Below, piece by piece: positions 19,871 through 29,357 of a stretch of 56,035 nt of DNA. Numbering within the stretch: the stretch's first letter is position 1; each line of letters starts with the position of its first letter. A program made the translations under genes and the position numbers. Origin of the DNA: an uncultured Planctomycetia bacterium (GTDB lineage Bacteria; Omnitrophota; Gorgyraeia; Duberdicusellales; 4484-171); contig CAZJOV010000003.1 in assembly GCA_964547735.1 (NCBI GenBank), positions 1 to 56,035 on the forward strand, written 5' to 3'. The notes below the pieces were generated by a model that saw nothing but the letters and a program-made list of their open reading frames with translations, was not told where the DNA came from and ran no database searches.

Positions 19871-22800
19871 TGGAGAGAGAGTTTGTCCATCTTCATGTTC
19901 ATACCCAATACAGTCTTTTGGATGGAGCTGCCCACTTAGAAAGGTTGGTGGAGAAAGCAAAAGAGTTCTCTATGCCTGCCTTAGCGATTACCGATCATGG
20001 GAATTTATTTGGAGCGGTAAAGTTCTATCAGTTGTGTGAGGAGAATAATATAAAACCAATCATTGGATGTGAGTTCTATGTAGCTGGCCAGTCACGATTC
20101 AAAAAGGAAGGAGGAGAATCGAATTTTCATCTTCTTCTTTTGGCAAAAAATGAGGAAGGCTATAAAAATTTAGTTAAGTTAGTAAGTCTCTCTAATATCG
20201 AAGGATTTTATTATAAACCACGTATAGATAAAGAACTTTTGGAAAGATATTCCTGTGGACTTATTGGGTTAAGCGGGTGCCTTAAAGGGGAGATTCCTTC
20301 CCTTATATTAGAAGAAAGGACAAATCAGGCTTTTAAGAAAGCGGATGAGTATTTATCTATTTTGGGAAAAGATAATTTTTATCTGGAGCTGATGGATAAT
20401 GGATTAAAAGAGCAGTATAAAGTAAATGAAGTTCTTCTAAAAATAAGTAAGGATTTAAAGATTCCTGTTGTAGCTACCAATGATATTCACTACATTAATC
20501 AGGATGAGGCTTTTGCTCATGAGGTTCTTTTGTGCCTTCAGACACAAACCACCTTAGATGATCCTACTCATTTCCGTTTTAATAGTGATACTTTTTATTT
20601 TCGTTCGCCTCAAGAGATGCACAGACTATTTTCTTGGCATCCGGAAGCTTTAAATAATACCTTAGAGATTTCTCAAAAATGTAATTTTAAATTTAATTTT
20701 TCTTCTTATTCTCTTCCTCGTTTTCCTTTACCAGAAGGAGAAGAGGATGAATTTCAATATTTAAAAAAACTCTGCTATAAAAATTTAAAGAAAAGATACC
20801 CTCAATCCTCAAAAGATATAATCGAACGTTTAGAGTATGAATTAAGGATAATAAAAGATACTGGCTTCTCCAGTTATTTCTTAATCATTCAGGATATAGT
20901 GAAATTTGCCAAAGAAAGAAAGATTCCTGTAGGTCCGGGAAGAGGCTCCAGTGCTGGTAGCATCGTAAGTTACCTTCTTGAGATTACCGATATTGATCCT
21001 TTAAAATACGGGTTGCTTTTTGAACGTTTTCTTAATCCCCAAAGAGTCTCTATGCCAGATATTGATATAGATTTCTGTTATGAGAGAAGAGGGGAAGTTT
21101 TAGAGTATATAGCCAGAAAATATGGGAGAGAGTGTGTGGCACAGATTATTACTTTTGGGACCCTTCTTGCCCGTGCGGTAGTCAGAGATGTGGGTAGAGT
21201 TTTAGGGTTGAGTTATTCGGAAGTAGACAGAATTGCTAAGATGATTCCTCATCCTATAGGACATCAGATAACTCTAAAAGAGGCGTTACAGCTAAATCCG
21301 GAACTGAAAGATATTTATGAAAGAGATTCCCGAATTAAAAGATTGATTGATACTGCTTTAAAGCTTGAAGGTTTATCCCGTCATGCCTCAACGCATGCTG
21401 CAGGAGTAGTAATTTCTGATAGACCACTTATGGAGAGAATACCCTTGGCTAAAGCCCAAGAAGGAGAGATTGTTACTGGTTTAGATATGGAATCCCTTGA
21501 GAAGTTAGGTTTGCTTAAGATGGATATTTTAGGGCTAAAAACATTAACGGTTATCGATCAGACTTTAAAGATAATAAGAAGAACTAAAGGAGTGGATATA
21601 GATATCGGTAAGATTCCTTTAGATGATAAGAAGACATTTAGACTTTTAGCAGAGGGGGAAACTATTGGGGTATTTCAATTGGAGAGTCAGGGGATGAGGC
21701 AGATTCTTAAAAGGCTTAAGCCTACCGAGTTTAAAGATTTAATTGCCGTATTGGCTTTGCATCGACCAGGACCCTTGGGAAGCGGTTTGGTTTCTGATTT
21801 CATTGAAAGGAAGCAAGAGAAAAAACCGATTACTTATCTTCATTCCGCATTGGAGCCTATTCTTAAAGAGACCTATGGAATTATTCTTTATCAGGAACAG
21901 ACGATGCAGATTGCCTCATACTTAGCAGGCTTTTCTCTCTCTCAGGCAGACCTTTTAAGAAAAGCAATTGGTAAAAAGATTCCTGAGATTATGGAGGAGC
22001 AAAGATCTCTTTTTATTCAGGGGTGCCTGAGACACGGAATCTCTCAAGAGATTGCTTTCAAAATATTTAACCTTATCGATTATTTCAGTGGATACGGGTT
22101 TAATAAAAGCCATTCTACTGCCTATGCTCTTATCTCTTACCGCACTGCATTTCTTAAAGCAAATTTTCCTGTAGAATTTATGACCGCTTTACTTACCAGT
22201 GAACGGACTAATACAGATAAAATTGTGGAGTATATTAATGAAGCAAAACGGCTGGGAATAAAGGTTTTGCCTCCTGATATTAACTATAGTTTTGCCAATT
22301 TTACTGTGACTGAAGAAGGCAATATCCGTTTTGGTCTTCTGGCGATAAAAAATGTAGGAGAAGCGGCTTTAGAGAATATTATTCAATTAAGAAAAGAAAG
22401 AAAATTTGAGAGTTTTTTTGATTTTTGTCTAAGAGTAGATAAACGTGCGGTAAATAAGAAAGTGATGGAAAGTCTTATTAAATCAGGAGCAATGGATAGT
22501 TTTGGCCTAAAACGTGCACAGATGTTTGTTCTACTGGATAAAGTTCTTGAAATGGGTAATTTGAGAACACAACAGCAGTTGTTTCTTTTTTCCTTTTCAC
22601 CCAAAATTCCTCAGATTGAAGAATGGCCCAAAAACGACTTACTTCGTTTTGAGAAAGAACTATTGGGTTTGTATGTAAGTAGCCATCCCGTATCTCGTTA
22701 TAAACACTTATACTCTTACTTGAAAGCAGAAAATATCGCATCTTTCTATGAAGAGGAGAAAGAAAGAGATGTTTGCACTATTGGGGTAATTGATAAGATT

Positions 22801-23259
22801 AAGGTGACAATAACACGAAGAGATAAAGAGAAGATGGCTATTTTACGTATAGGGGATGAGACGCAGAATATAGAAGTATTTGTTTTTCCTAAGTTGTATC
22901 AAGAAGTTGGCGTATTGCTTAAGGAGACAAAAATAATTTTTGTTGAGGGAAGATTGCAAATGAAGGAGAAAATTCCTAAGATAGTTGCTTCCAAGGTAAT
23001 AGAGATAGACAAGATTTGGGAGAAAATAAGCACTTTAAATATTGCACTTACTTCCAAGGTAGATATTGAAAGATTGAAGGAGATACTTTCCTCTCACCGT
23101 GGTAGTATCCCTTTAGTTCTTACTCTAAGAAGGAAAAATTCTCTGCCCCTAAAGATAACACCTTCTCAAAATTTCTATCTTAAGGTAAACAAGGACCTTT
23201 TAGAAGAGCTTAAATCGATTGTGGGAGAGGAGAATCTTTCCTTGACACTCCAAGATTAG
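19867..23259 (+). CDS. dnaE: DNA polymerase III alpha subunit
   Basis: PHP domain HLHVHTQYSLLDGA, the core GSSAGSIVSYLLEITDIDP and PDIDIDF, HhH, and a C-terminal OB fold. Start at ATG 19867 rather than GTG 19861. Confidence 0.96.
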   Translation: MMEREFVHLHVHTQYSLLDGAAHLERLVEKAKEFSMPALAITDHGNLFGAVKFYQLCEENNIKPIIGCEFYVAGQSRFKKEGGESNFHLLLLAKNEEGYKNLVKLVSLSNIEGFYYKPRIDKELLERYSCGLIGLSGCLKGEIPSLILEERTNQAFKKADEYLSILGKDNFYLELMDNGLKEQYKVNEVLLKISKDLKIPVVATNDIHYINQDEAFAHEVLLCLQTQTTLDDPTHFRFNSDTFYFRSPQEMHRLFSWHPEALNNTLEISQKCNFKFNFSSYSLPRFPLPEGEEDEFQYLKKLCYKNLKKRYPQSSKDIIERLEYELRIIKDTGFSSYFLIIQDIVKFAKERKIPVGPGRGSSAGSIVSYLLEITDIDPLKYGLLFERFLNPQRVSMPDIDIDFCYERRGEVLEYIARKYGRECVAQIITFGTLLARAVVRDVGRVLGLSYSEVDRIAKMIPHPIGHQITLKEALQLNPELKDIYERDSRIKRLIDTALKLEGLSRHASTHAAGVVISDRPLMERIPLAKAQEGEIVTGLDMESLEKLGLLKMDILGLKTLTVIDQTLKIIRRTKGVDIDIGKIPLDDKKTFRLLAEGETIGVFQLESQGMRQILKRLKPTEFKDLIAVLALHRPGPLGSGLVSDFIERKQEKKPITYLHSALEPILKETYGIILYQEQTMQIASYLAGFSLSQADLLRKAIGKKIPEIMEEQRSLFIQGCLRHGISQEIAFKIFNLIDYFSGYGFNKSHSTAYALISYRTAFLKANFPVEFMTALLTSERTNTDKIVEYINEAKRLGIKVLPPDINYSFANFTVTEEGNIRFGLLAIKNVGEAALENIIQLRKERKFESFFDFCLRVDKRAVNKKVMESLIKSGAMDSFGLKRAQMFVLLDKVLEMGNLRTQQQLFLFSFSPKIPQIEEWPKNDLLRFEKELLGLYVSSHPVSRYKHLYSYLKAENIASFYEEEKERDVCTIGVIDKIKVTITRRDKEKMAILRIGDETQNIEVFVFPKLYQEVGVLLKETKIIFVEGRLQMKEKIPKIVASKVIEIDKIWEKISTLNIALTSKVDIERLKEILSSHRGSIPLVLTLRRKNSLPLKITPSQNFYLKVNKDLLEELKSIVGEENLSLTLQD

Positions 23260-23270
23260 AGTGTTATTAT
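23242..23270 (+). promoter_or_regulatory. Sigma70-type promoter for hup, with an implied leaderless transcript
   Basis: TTGACA (23242-47, inside the last dnaE codons), a 17-nt spacer, then TGT-TATTAT (23265-70). ATG follows 8 nt later with no SD. Confidence 0.6.
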
Positions 23271-23278
23271 CTTAACAA

Positions 23279-23548
23279 ATGACAAAGAAAGATTTGGTTT
23301 TGAAAGTAAGTAAAAATACAGGCATAAAGCAGGTAACGGTAAAAAAAATTATAGAGGAGTTGTTTTCTGCAATGATGGAAGCATTAAAGAGTAAAGAAAG
23401 AATAGAATTACGTAATTTTGGTGTTTTCTATTTCAAGAAAAGAAAAGCAAAAATTGGACGCAATCCCAAGACTAAAGAGATAGTTCCCATCCCGCCTCGT
23501 CAAATAATTGTGTTTAAACCAGGACGAAAGCTGAAGTCTTTTTCCTGA
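23279..23548 (+). CDS. hup: HU/IHF family DNA-binding protein
   Basis: 89 aa with RNFGVFYFKKRKAKIGRNPKTKEIVPIPPRQIIVFKPG, the typical HU/IHF arm. Own promoter directly upstream. Confidence 0.92.
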   Translation: MTKKDLVLKVSKNTGIKQVTVKKIIEELFSAMMEALKSKERIELRNFGVFYFKKRKAKIGRNPKTKEIVPIPPRQIIVFKPGRKLKSFS

Positions 23549-23552
23549 TATT

Positions 23553-24785
23553 ATGAAAAGATATTATCAGCATGTAAAAGGAACTACTGATTTTTTTTCT
23601 TCGCAAACCATAGTTTTTCAAGAGATTACCGAAAGGGCTAAAAAGATATTTAGAACGTTTGGTTATGAAGAGATAATTTTGCCTCTACTTGAGGAAAGTT
23701 CTGTTTTTATAAAAAGCGTAGGAGAGTTTACAGATATCGTAGAGAGGCAGATGTTTAAAATAGAAGGTAAGGATATCGTTTTAAGACCGGAAGGTACCGC
23801 ACAGGTGGTAAGGTTTTTCATTGAACATACCCTCTGGAAGGAGAAAGAGTTTCATAAATTTTTTTATATTGGTCCTATGTTTAGAGGAGAGAGGCCCCAA
23901 AAAGGTAGATTGCGTCAGTTTCACCATATAGGGGGAGAATGCTTGGGCTCTAACCTGCCTTATTTGGATGCCGAGGTAATCAAGTTAGCTTTGCTTATTC
24001 TGGAGGAATGTGGAATAAGAGATGTGAAACTCAAGATAAATAGTTTAGGTTGTCAGGAGGATAAAGAGAGATGGAAAAATAAACTAATTAAACAATTGCA
24101 GAATCGGAAGAAAGAGTTATGTCCTTTATGCAGAAAAAGATTAGAAGGAAATCCTTTAAGAGTTTTAGATTGCAAGGAGAAAAGTTGTAGAAGGATAGTA
24201 GAAACTTCTAAGAAAGATGTCTATCTTTGTTCTTCCTGTCAAGAACATTTTAAACGCGTCTTATACTATTTGGATAGGTTAAAAATCTCCTATGATTATT
24301 CCCCCACCCTGGTAAGAGGCCTTGACTATTATACCAATACAGTGTTTGAAATTGTTTCTCATAAATTAGGCTCACAAGATGCTTGTGGTGCAGGAGGAAG
24401 GTATAATTCTTTGGTTAAGAATATGGGAGGTCCGGATATCCCTGCGATAGGTTTTGCTTTAGGCATAGAGAGGATGATGCTTCTTTTGGAAGAGGAGAAA
24501 AAAAGGCCTTATTTAAAAGTATTTATCGCTTATAGAGAGAGTTGTCTGGATAAAGCGATAGAGGTGTTAAATTCTTTAAGAGAAAGGGATGTTCCTTCTC
24601 AGATGAGCTATCTTGAGAAATCCCTAAAAGCTCAACTGAGATTAGCTCAAAAGTTAGGGGCCGAATTCACGATCATTATAGGAGAGGAGGAATTAAAAGA
24701 AGGTTTTTTTACTTTGAGGGATATGAGGAAGTCTCAGCAGGAGAAGGTAGACTGGAACCAGTTTTTAGAAAAGATAAATCTTTAA
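23553..24785 (+). CDS. hisS: Histidyl-tRNA synthetase
   Basis: Class II motifs RPEGTA, FRGERPQKGRLRQFHH, GGRYNSL and GFALGIERM, with an anticodon-binding C-domain. Confidence 0.95.
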   Translation: MKRYYQHVKGTTDFFSSQTIVFQEITERAKKIFRTFGYEEIILPLLEESSVFIKSVGEFTDIVERQMFKIEGKDIVLRPEGTAQVVRFFIEHTLWKEKEFHKFFYIGPMFRGERPQKGRLRQFHHIGGECLGSNLPYLDAEVIKLALLILEECGIRDVKLKINSLGCQEDKERWKNKLIKQLQNRKKELCPLCRKRLEGNPLRVLDCKEKSCRRIVETSKKDVYLCSSCQEHFKRVLYYLDRLKISYDYSPTLVRGLDYYTNTVFEIVSHKLGSQDACGAGGRYNSLVKNMGGPDIPAIGFALGIERMMLLLEEEKKRPYLKVFIAYRESCLDKAIEVLNSLRERDVPSQMSYLEKSLKAQLRLAQKLGAEFTIIIGEEELKEGFFTLRDMRKSQQEKVDWNQFLEKINL

Positions 24786-24793
24786 GAATAAAA

Positions 24794-26176
24794 ATGTTGA
24801 GAACACATACTTGCGGTCAGCTTAATATGAATAATATTGGAGAAGAAGTTATTCTTTGTGGGTGGGTGGATTCCCGACGGGACCATGGAAAGATTATTTT
24901 TATTGATTTAAGAGACCGCTATGGAAAGACACAGATTGTTTTTCTCCCTTCTTTTAAGGAGATTTATAAAAAAGCAAAGAAGTTAAAAAATGAAGATGTG
25001 ATAAAGATTAAAGGGGAAGTAAATCGACGCCCTCAAGGCACAGAAAATCCTAAGCTCTCTACGGGGACGGTTGAAGTTTGCGCTCACCAGCTGGAGATTT
25101 TAAATTCTTCTTTGGATTTACCTTTTTCTATAGAAGAGAGGATAGAGGTTTCTGAAGATATACGTCTTTATCACCGGTATCTTGATTTAAGAAGAAAATC
25201 CCTTCTGGATAAGTTTATCCTGCGTAGTAAATTTAACTATAAATTTAGGGAGTACCTTCATAAATGTGGTTTCTTAGAGGTCGAAACTCCCTATCTTACT
25301 AAATCTACTCCTGAGGGGGCAAGAGATTTTTTAGTCCCTTCACGGCTAAATCAAGGAAAGTTTTACGCTTTACCTCAGTCTCCTCAGCTTTTCAAACAGA
25401 TTCTTATGGTAGCAGGAGTTGATAAATACTATCAGATTGTAAGATGTTTTCGTGATGAAGATTTAAGGAAAGATAGACAGCCTGAGTTCAGCCAGTTAGA
25501 TATAGAACTTTCTTTTGTCGAGGAGGAGGATATTTATAAATTAGTTGAGGATATGCTTAAATTTGTATTTAGGGAAGTATTGGATATAGAACTTAAAACG
25601 CCTTTTTTAAGAATCGGGTATGAGGAAGCAATGAAAAATTACTCTACAGATAAGCCTGATATTGGGAAAGGAGATTTTAGATTTTTGTGGGTTTGCGAAT
25701 TTCCTCTTTTTGAATATAATCAGGAAGAGCAAAGATGGCAAGCATTCCACCACCCTTTCACTATGCCTTCCCTTAAGGATGTAGAACTTTTAGATAGAGA
25801 CCCTTCTTTAGTTAAAGCACGTTCTTACGATTTGGTTCTTAATGGAGTAGAGGTTGCCAGTGGTTCAATAAGGATTCATGAGCCTCAACTGCAGAGGAAG
25901 ATTTTTTCTCTGATAGGAATAAATGAAGAAGAAAGAGAAAAAAGATTTGGGTTCCTTCTGCGTGCCCTTTGCTACGGAGCTCCTCCCCATGGAGGAATTG
26001 CTTTTGGTTTAGATAGGTTGTATGCTATAATTACTAAGTCAGAAAGTATTCGTGAGGTAATAGGCTTTCCTAAGACTCAGAAAGGAGTATGTATGTTAAC
26101 TGATGCTCCTTCAGAGGTAGAAAAGAGACAATTGGAAGAATTAGGAATTGACACTAAAGAAAAGGAGGAGAAATGA
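24794..26176 (+). CDS. aspS: Aspartyl-tRNA synthetase, bacterial type, lacking the GAD insertion domain
   Basis: OB N-domain plus QSPQLFKQ, RCFRDEDLRKDRQPEFSQLD, and motif 3 GGIAFGLDRL. 460 aa, with DKPDIGKGDFRFLWV bridging where GAD normally lies. Confidence 0.93.
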   Translation: MLRTHTCGQLNMNNIGEEVILCGWVDSRRDHGKIIFIDLRDRYGKTQIVFLPSFKEIYKKAKKLKNEDVIKIKGEVNRRPQGTENPKLSTGTVEVCAHQLEILNSSLDLPFSIEERIEVSEDIRLYHRYLDLRRKSLLDKFILRSKFNYKFREYLHKCGFLEVETPYLTKSTPEGARDFLVPSRLNQGKFYALPQSPQLFKQILMVAGVDKYYQIVRCFRDEDLRKDRQPEFSQLDIELSFVEEEDIYKLVEDMLKFVFREVLDIELKTPFLRIGYEEAMKNYSTDKPDIGKGDFRFLWVCEFPLFEYNQEEQRWQAFHHPFTMPSLKDVELLDRDPSLVKARSYDLVLNGVEVASGSIRIHEPQLQRKIFSLIGINEEEREKRFGFLLRALCYGAPPHGGIAFGLDRLYAIITKSESIREVIGFPKTQKGVCMLTDAPSEVEKRQLEELGIDTKEKEEK

Positions 26177-26682
26177 GGTATTTTCTCATTTTTTTAGGAT
26201 TGATTTTTTTATACGGGTGTCTTATAAGGACTTACACTATTGAGAAGCCTCGCCGGGATTTAGATGTTGAAGGCAATCAAGGTTATCTTTATGGAGAGCC
26301 TCCCTCCCCCCCTCAACTTAAAAAGACACGGAAGGTAACTATTTTTGAGGTGGAGTTAGGAGCCCATCCTCCCAAAGAAGTTTCTTCTTTGGAGCCAGAG
26401 GCTGTTAAGGAGGAAGGAAAAACAGAAGAAATAGAGAAGAGCATAAAAGAGGAGATATTGGAGGAAGAAGGTGGAGTAGAAGAAGAGATTTCTTCGCCAG
26501 AGCCTCTCCAGGAATATGAACTCTATACGGTTGAGAAGAATGATACTCTACAGAAAATTTCTAAGAAGTTTTATGGAACCACAAAAAAGTGGCTTCTTCT
26601 TTATGAGGAGAATAAAGATGTAATAAAGAATCCGGATAAAATCTATCCCGGTCTAAAGATTAAAATACCTATTTTTAAATAG
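26173..26682 (+). CDS. LysM-domain lipoprotein with acidic linker
   Basis: Signal peptide with lipobox FLYGC, a Glu-rich linker, and a C-terminal LysM (YTVEKNDTLQKISKKFYG ... IYPGLKIKIP). Confidence 0.85.
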   Translation: MRYFLIFLGLIFLYGCLIRTYTIEKPRRDLDVEGNQGYLYGEPPSPPQLKKTRKVTIFEVELGAHPPKEVSSLEPEAVKEEGKTEEIEKSIKEEILEEEGGVEEEISSPEPLQEYELYTVEKNDTLQKISKKFYGTTKKWLLLYEENKDVIKNPDKIYPGLKIKIPIFK

Positions 26683-27621
26683 ATGGGAAGATTGATTGAG
26701 GTTAATAATTCCGCTATTTTAAAAGAAGTTTGCGGTGTTGCCGATAAAAATATTAAAATTATTGAGAAAAAGTTTCATGTTAATATCTATCTGAGAGATA
26801 AAGGGATATATATAGAAGGAGAGAAAAAAAGGGTAGAAGAAGCTTCTCGGGTAATTGGAAAGTTGATAAGTCTTCTAAAGGAAGGAGTAAGCTTAAGAGA
26901 GGAAGATATATCTTCTTTGTTTTTTTCTTCCAAAGATGAGGAGATATTAAAGATTGAGGTGCCTTCCATAAAGAGAAAATTTATTCTTCCCAAAACGGAG
27001 GGACAAAAAAAATATGTGGAGGCAATAAGAAAATATGATATCACTTTTGCTATCGGTCCGGCAGGAACGGGAAAGACTTATCTGGCGATGGCTTGTGCGG
27101 TTAACTATCTTTATAAACAGAAGGCAAGAAGGATTATTCTTACACGTCCTGCAATTGAGGCAGGAGAATCCTTGGGATTTTTGCCCGGAGATATGTATGA
27201 TAAATTAGGGCCGTATTTAAGACCCCTTTATGATGCCTTATATGATATGATGGAACCGGATGTGATTGAGGAGTATTTAGGTACCGGAATTATTGAAATT
27301 GCTCCTTTAGCTTATATGCGGGGAAGAACTTTAAATGATGCTTTTATTATTCTGGATGAAGCCCAAAATTGTACTTCAGAACAGTTGAAGATGTTTCTTA
27401 CCCGTTTAGGATTTGATTCTAAAACAGTAATTACTGGAGATATAACTCAAAGTGACCTTCCCGGAGGAAAACCCGCCGGACTTAAGGAAGCAATTAAGAT
27501 TCTCAGGCACATTTCGGGCATAAAATTTATATATCTCACCAAAAAAGATGTAGTCCGTCACCCCTTAGTGCAGAAGATAATTCAAGCCTATGAAGATTTT
27601 TACCAGGAAGAAAAAATATAA
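26683..27621 (+). CDS. phoH: PhoH-like ATPase (PhoH/YbeZ)
   Basis: Walker A GPAGTGKTYLA and Walker B IILDEAQN. Conserved phoH-(HD membrane protein)-ybeY order. Confidence 0.93.
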   Translation: MGRLIEVNNSAILKEVCGVADKNIKIIEKKFHVNIYLRDKGIYIEGEKKRVEEASRVIGKLISLLKEGVSLREEDISSLFFSSKDEEILKIEVPSIKRKFILPKTEGQKKYVEAIRKYDITFAIGPAGTGKTYLAMACAVNYLYKQKARRIILTRPAIEAGESLGFLPGDMYDKLGPYLRPLYDALYDMMEPDVIEEYLGTGIIEIAPLAYMRGRTLNDAFIILDEAQNCTSEQLKMFLTRLGFDSKTVITGDITQSDLPGGKPAGLKEAIKILRHISGIKFIYLTKKDVVRHPLVQKIIQAYEDFYQEEKI

Positions 27622-28984
27622 TTGGGAGATTTTTGTTGCTCCTATATTTTTTATAGGAATAGGGTTGATATTTTATCTTTACAGATTAGATATATCTTTT
27701 TTTGCCTCTCTTCCTTTACTATTTATCTATGCGAAGTTCTTAAGAAGAATGGAAAAGCTTCCTTCTGCTTCTACCCTTCTGATTCTTACCAGTCTAATCA
27801 TTATTATTTTTTTTATTATTAAGATAATATTTAAACTTTCTGGTTTTTGGCTTCCGGCAGTAGGTTTTGGAATATTGATAACTCTTCTTTTTGATAATTT
27901 GGAACTTTCCCTTTCGTTTTCTATCTTTTTGTCTTTTCTGGCAGCAAGTCTTACCGGTAGGGATTTTTCCTTCTGTATCTCTTTATTTTGTGCTTCTTTT
28001 CTGGCGAGTATGTTAAGTTTTCGTATTCGTCGCCGTACCCAGATAATAAAAGCAGGCTTTTGGGGAGGACTAATTCAGTATGGGATTATTTTTTTGATGA
28101 AAAATTTTCCTCATATTTCCAGAAAGTTTTCTTTTTCTCAGATTGAGGGATTAGGTAGCTGTGTAGGGTGTGGAATTGCCTCTTCCATTATAGTTATCGG
28201 GGTTTTACCTATTTTTGAATTTATTTTTGGGGTAGTTACTAATATTTCTCTTTTAGAGTTATCTGATTTTAACCATCCTCTCTTAAGAAGAATGATTCTT
28301 GAGGCTCCGGGAACCTATCAGCATTCCTTGGTGGTTGCTCATTTAGCAGAGTCAGCAGCAGAAGCCATTGGAGCAAATTCTTTACTGGCACGGGTGGGAG
28401 CCTACTATCATGATATTGGAAAAATTTTGAAACCCCAGTATTTTGTGGAAAATCAGATTCCTTATCGAGATACCCATCGGGAACTCAAGCCTTCCATAAG
28501 TAGATTGATTATCATTAATCATGTAAAAGAAGGAATAGAATTGGCGAAAAAATACCGACTTAATCCTCGTATAATTGATTTTATCCAACAGCATCACGGG
28601 AAAAGTTTGGTTTATTATTTTTATCAACGAGCAAAAGAGCTCAATCAATATGAGTATCTTGAGGAAGATTATCGCTATCCCGGCCCTCTTCCTCAATCAA
28701 GGGAGGTGGCAATTGTCTCCTTAGCTGATACCACCGAGGCAGTTTCTCGAACTCTTGAGGAGCCTACACCTAAAAGGATTGAGGAGTTAGTTAAGGAGGT
28801 AGTGAGGAAAAAATTTCTTGAAGGAGAATTAGATGAAAGCGGACTTACTTTGTCTGATTTAGATAAGATAATTAAAAGCTTTAACCATATTCTTAATGCC
28901 GTATTTCATACACGGGTAATTTATCCTAAAGATGAGAGTTCAGATAAGAAATCAACAAAGCTTAAAGAAGATAAGGATAAGTAA
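27590..28984 (+). CDS. 7TM-HD membrane phosphohydrolase (PgpH/YqfF family) without the N-terminal extracellular domain
   Basis: Multiple TM helices followed by the HD domain (HSLVVAHLAE ... YYHDIGK ... QQHHGKS). Confidence 0.88.
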   Translation: MKIFTRKKKYNWEIFVAPIFFIGIGLIFYLYRLDISFFASLPLLFIYAKFLRRMEKLPSASTLLILTSLIIIIFFIIKIIFKLSGFWLPAVGFGILITLLFDNLELSLSFSIFLSFLAASLTGRDFSFCISLFCASFLASMLSFRIRRRTQIIKAGFWGGLIQYGIIFLMKNFPHISRKFSFSQIEGLGSCVGCGIASSIIVIGVLPIFEFIFGVVTNISLLELSDFNHPLLRRMILEAPGTYQHSLVVAHLAESAAEAIGANSLLARVGAYYHDIGKILKPQYFVENQIPYRDTHRELKPSISRLIIINHVKEGIELAKKYRLNPRIIDFIQQHHGKSLVYYFYQRAKELNQYEYLEEDYRYPGPLPQSREVAIVSLADTTEAVSRTLEEPTPKRIEELVKEVVRKKFLEGELDESGLTLSDLDKIIKSFNHILNAVFHTRVIYPKDESSDKKSTKLKEDKDK

Positions 28985-29357
28985 GATAAGAAAGAAGATA
29001 GAAAAAGCTTTGGATGTGCTGGGGGTAAAGGAGGAAGTTTCATTCCTTTTTTGCGATAATAAGTTTATGAAAGGATTAAACAAGAGTTTTTTTAATAAAG
29101 AATCACCTACAGATGTGATTGCCTTTCCCCTTAAAGATACCTACATCCCTCAATTTTTGGGAGAGGTGGTTATTTCGGTAGAGGAGGTATTAAAAAATAG
29201 TAAAATCTATCATACCTCTTTCTTAGAGGAACTGCTTTTGTGCAGTATTCATGGAATACTGCATCTTTTGGGATTCAAGGATGTCTCTTTTAAGGAAAAA
29301 AGAGAAATGTATAGAGAGCAGGAGAGGGTTCTAAAACTTATTAAAGATGATTGCTAA
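28932..29357 (+). CDS. ybeY: rRNA maturation endoribonuclease YbeY
   Basis: SPTDVIAFPL and zinc motif HGILHLLGF. 53-nt overlap with the upstream gene. Confidence 0.92.
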   Translation: MRVQIRNQQSLKKIRISKIRKKIEKALDVLGVKEEVSFLFCDNKFMKGLNKSFFNKESPTDVIAFPLKDTYIPQFLGEVVISVEEVLKNSKIYHTSFLEELLLCSIHGILHLLGFKDVSFKEKREMYREQERVLKLIKDDC

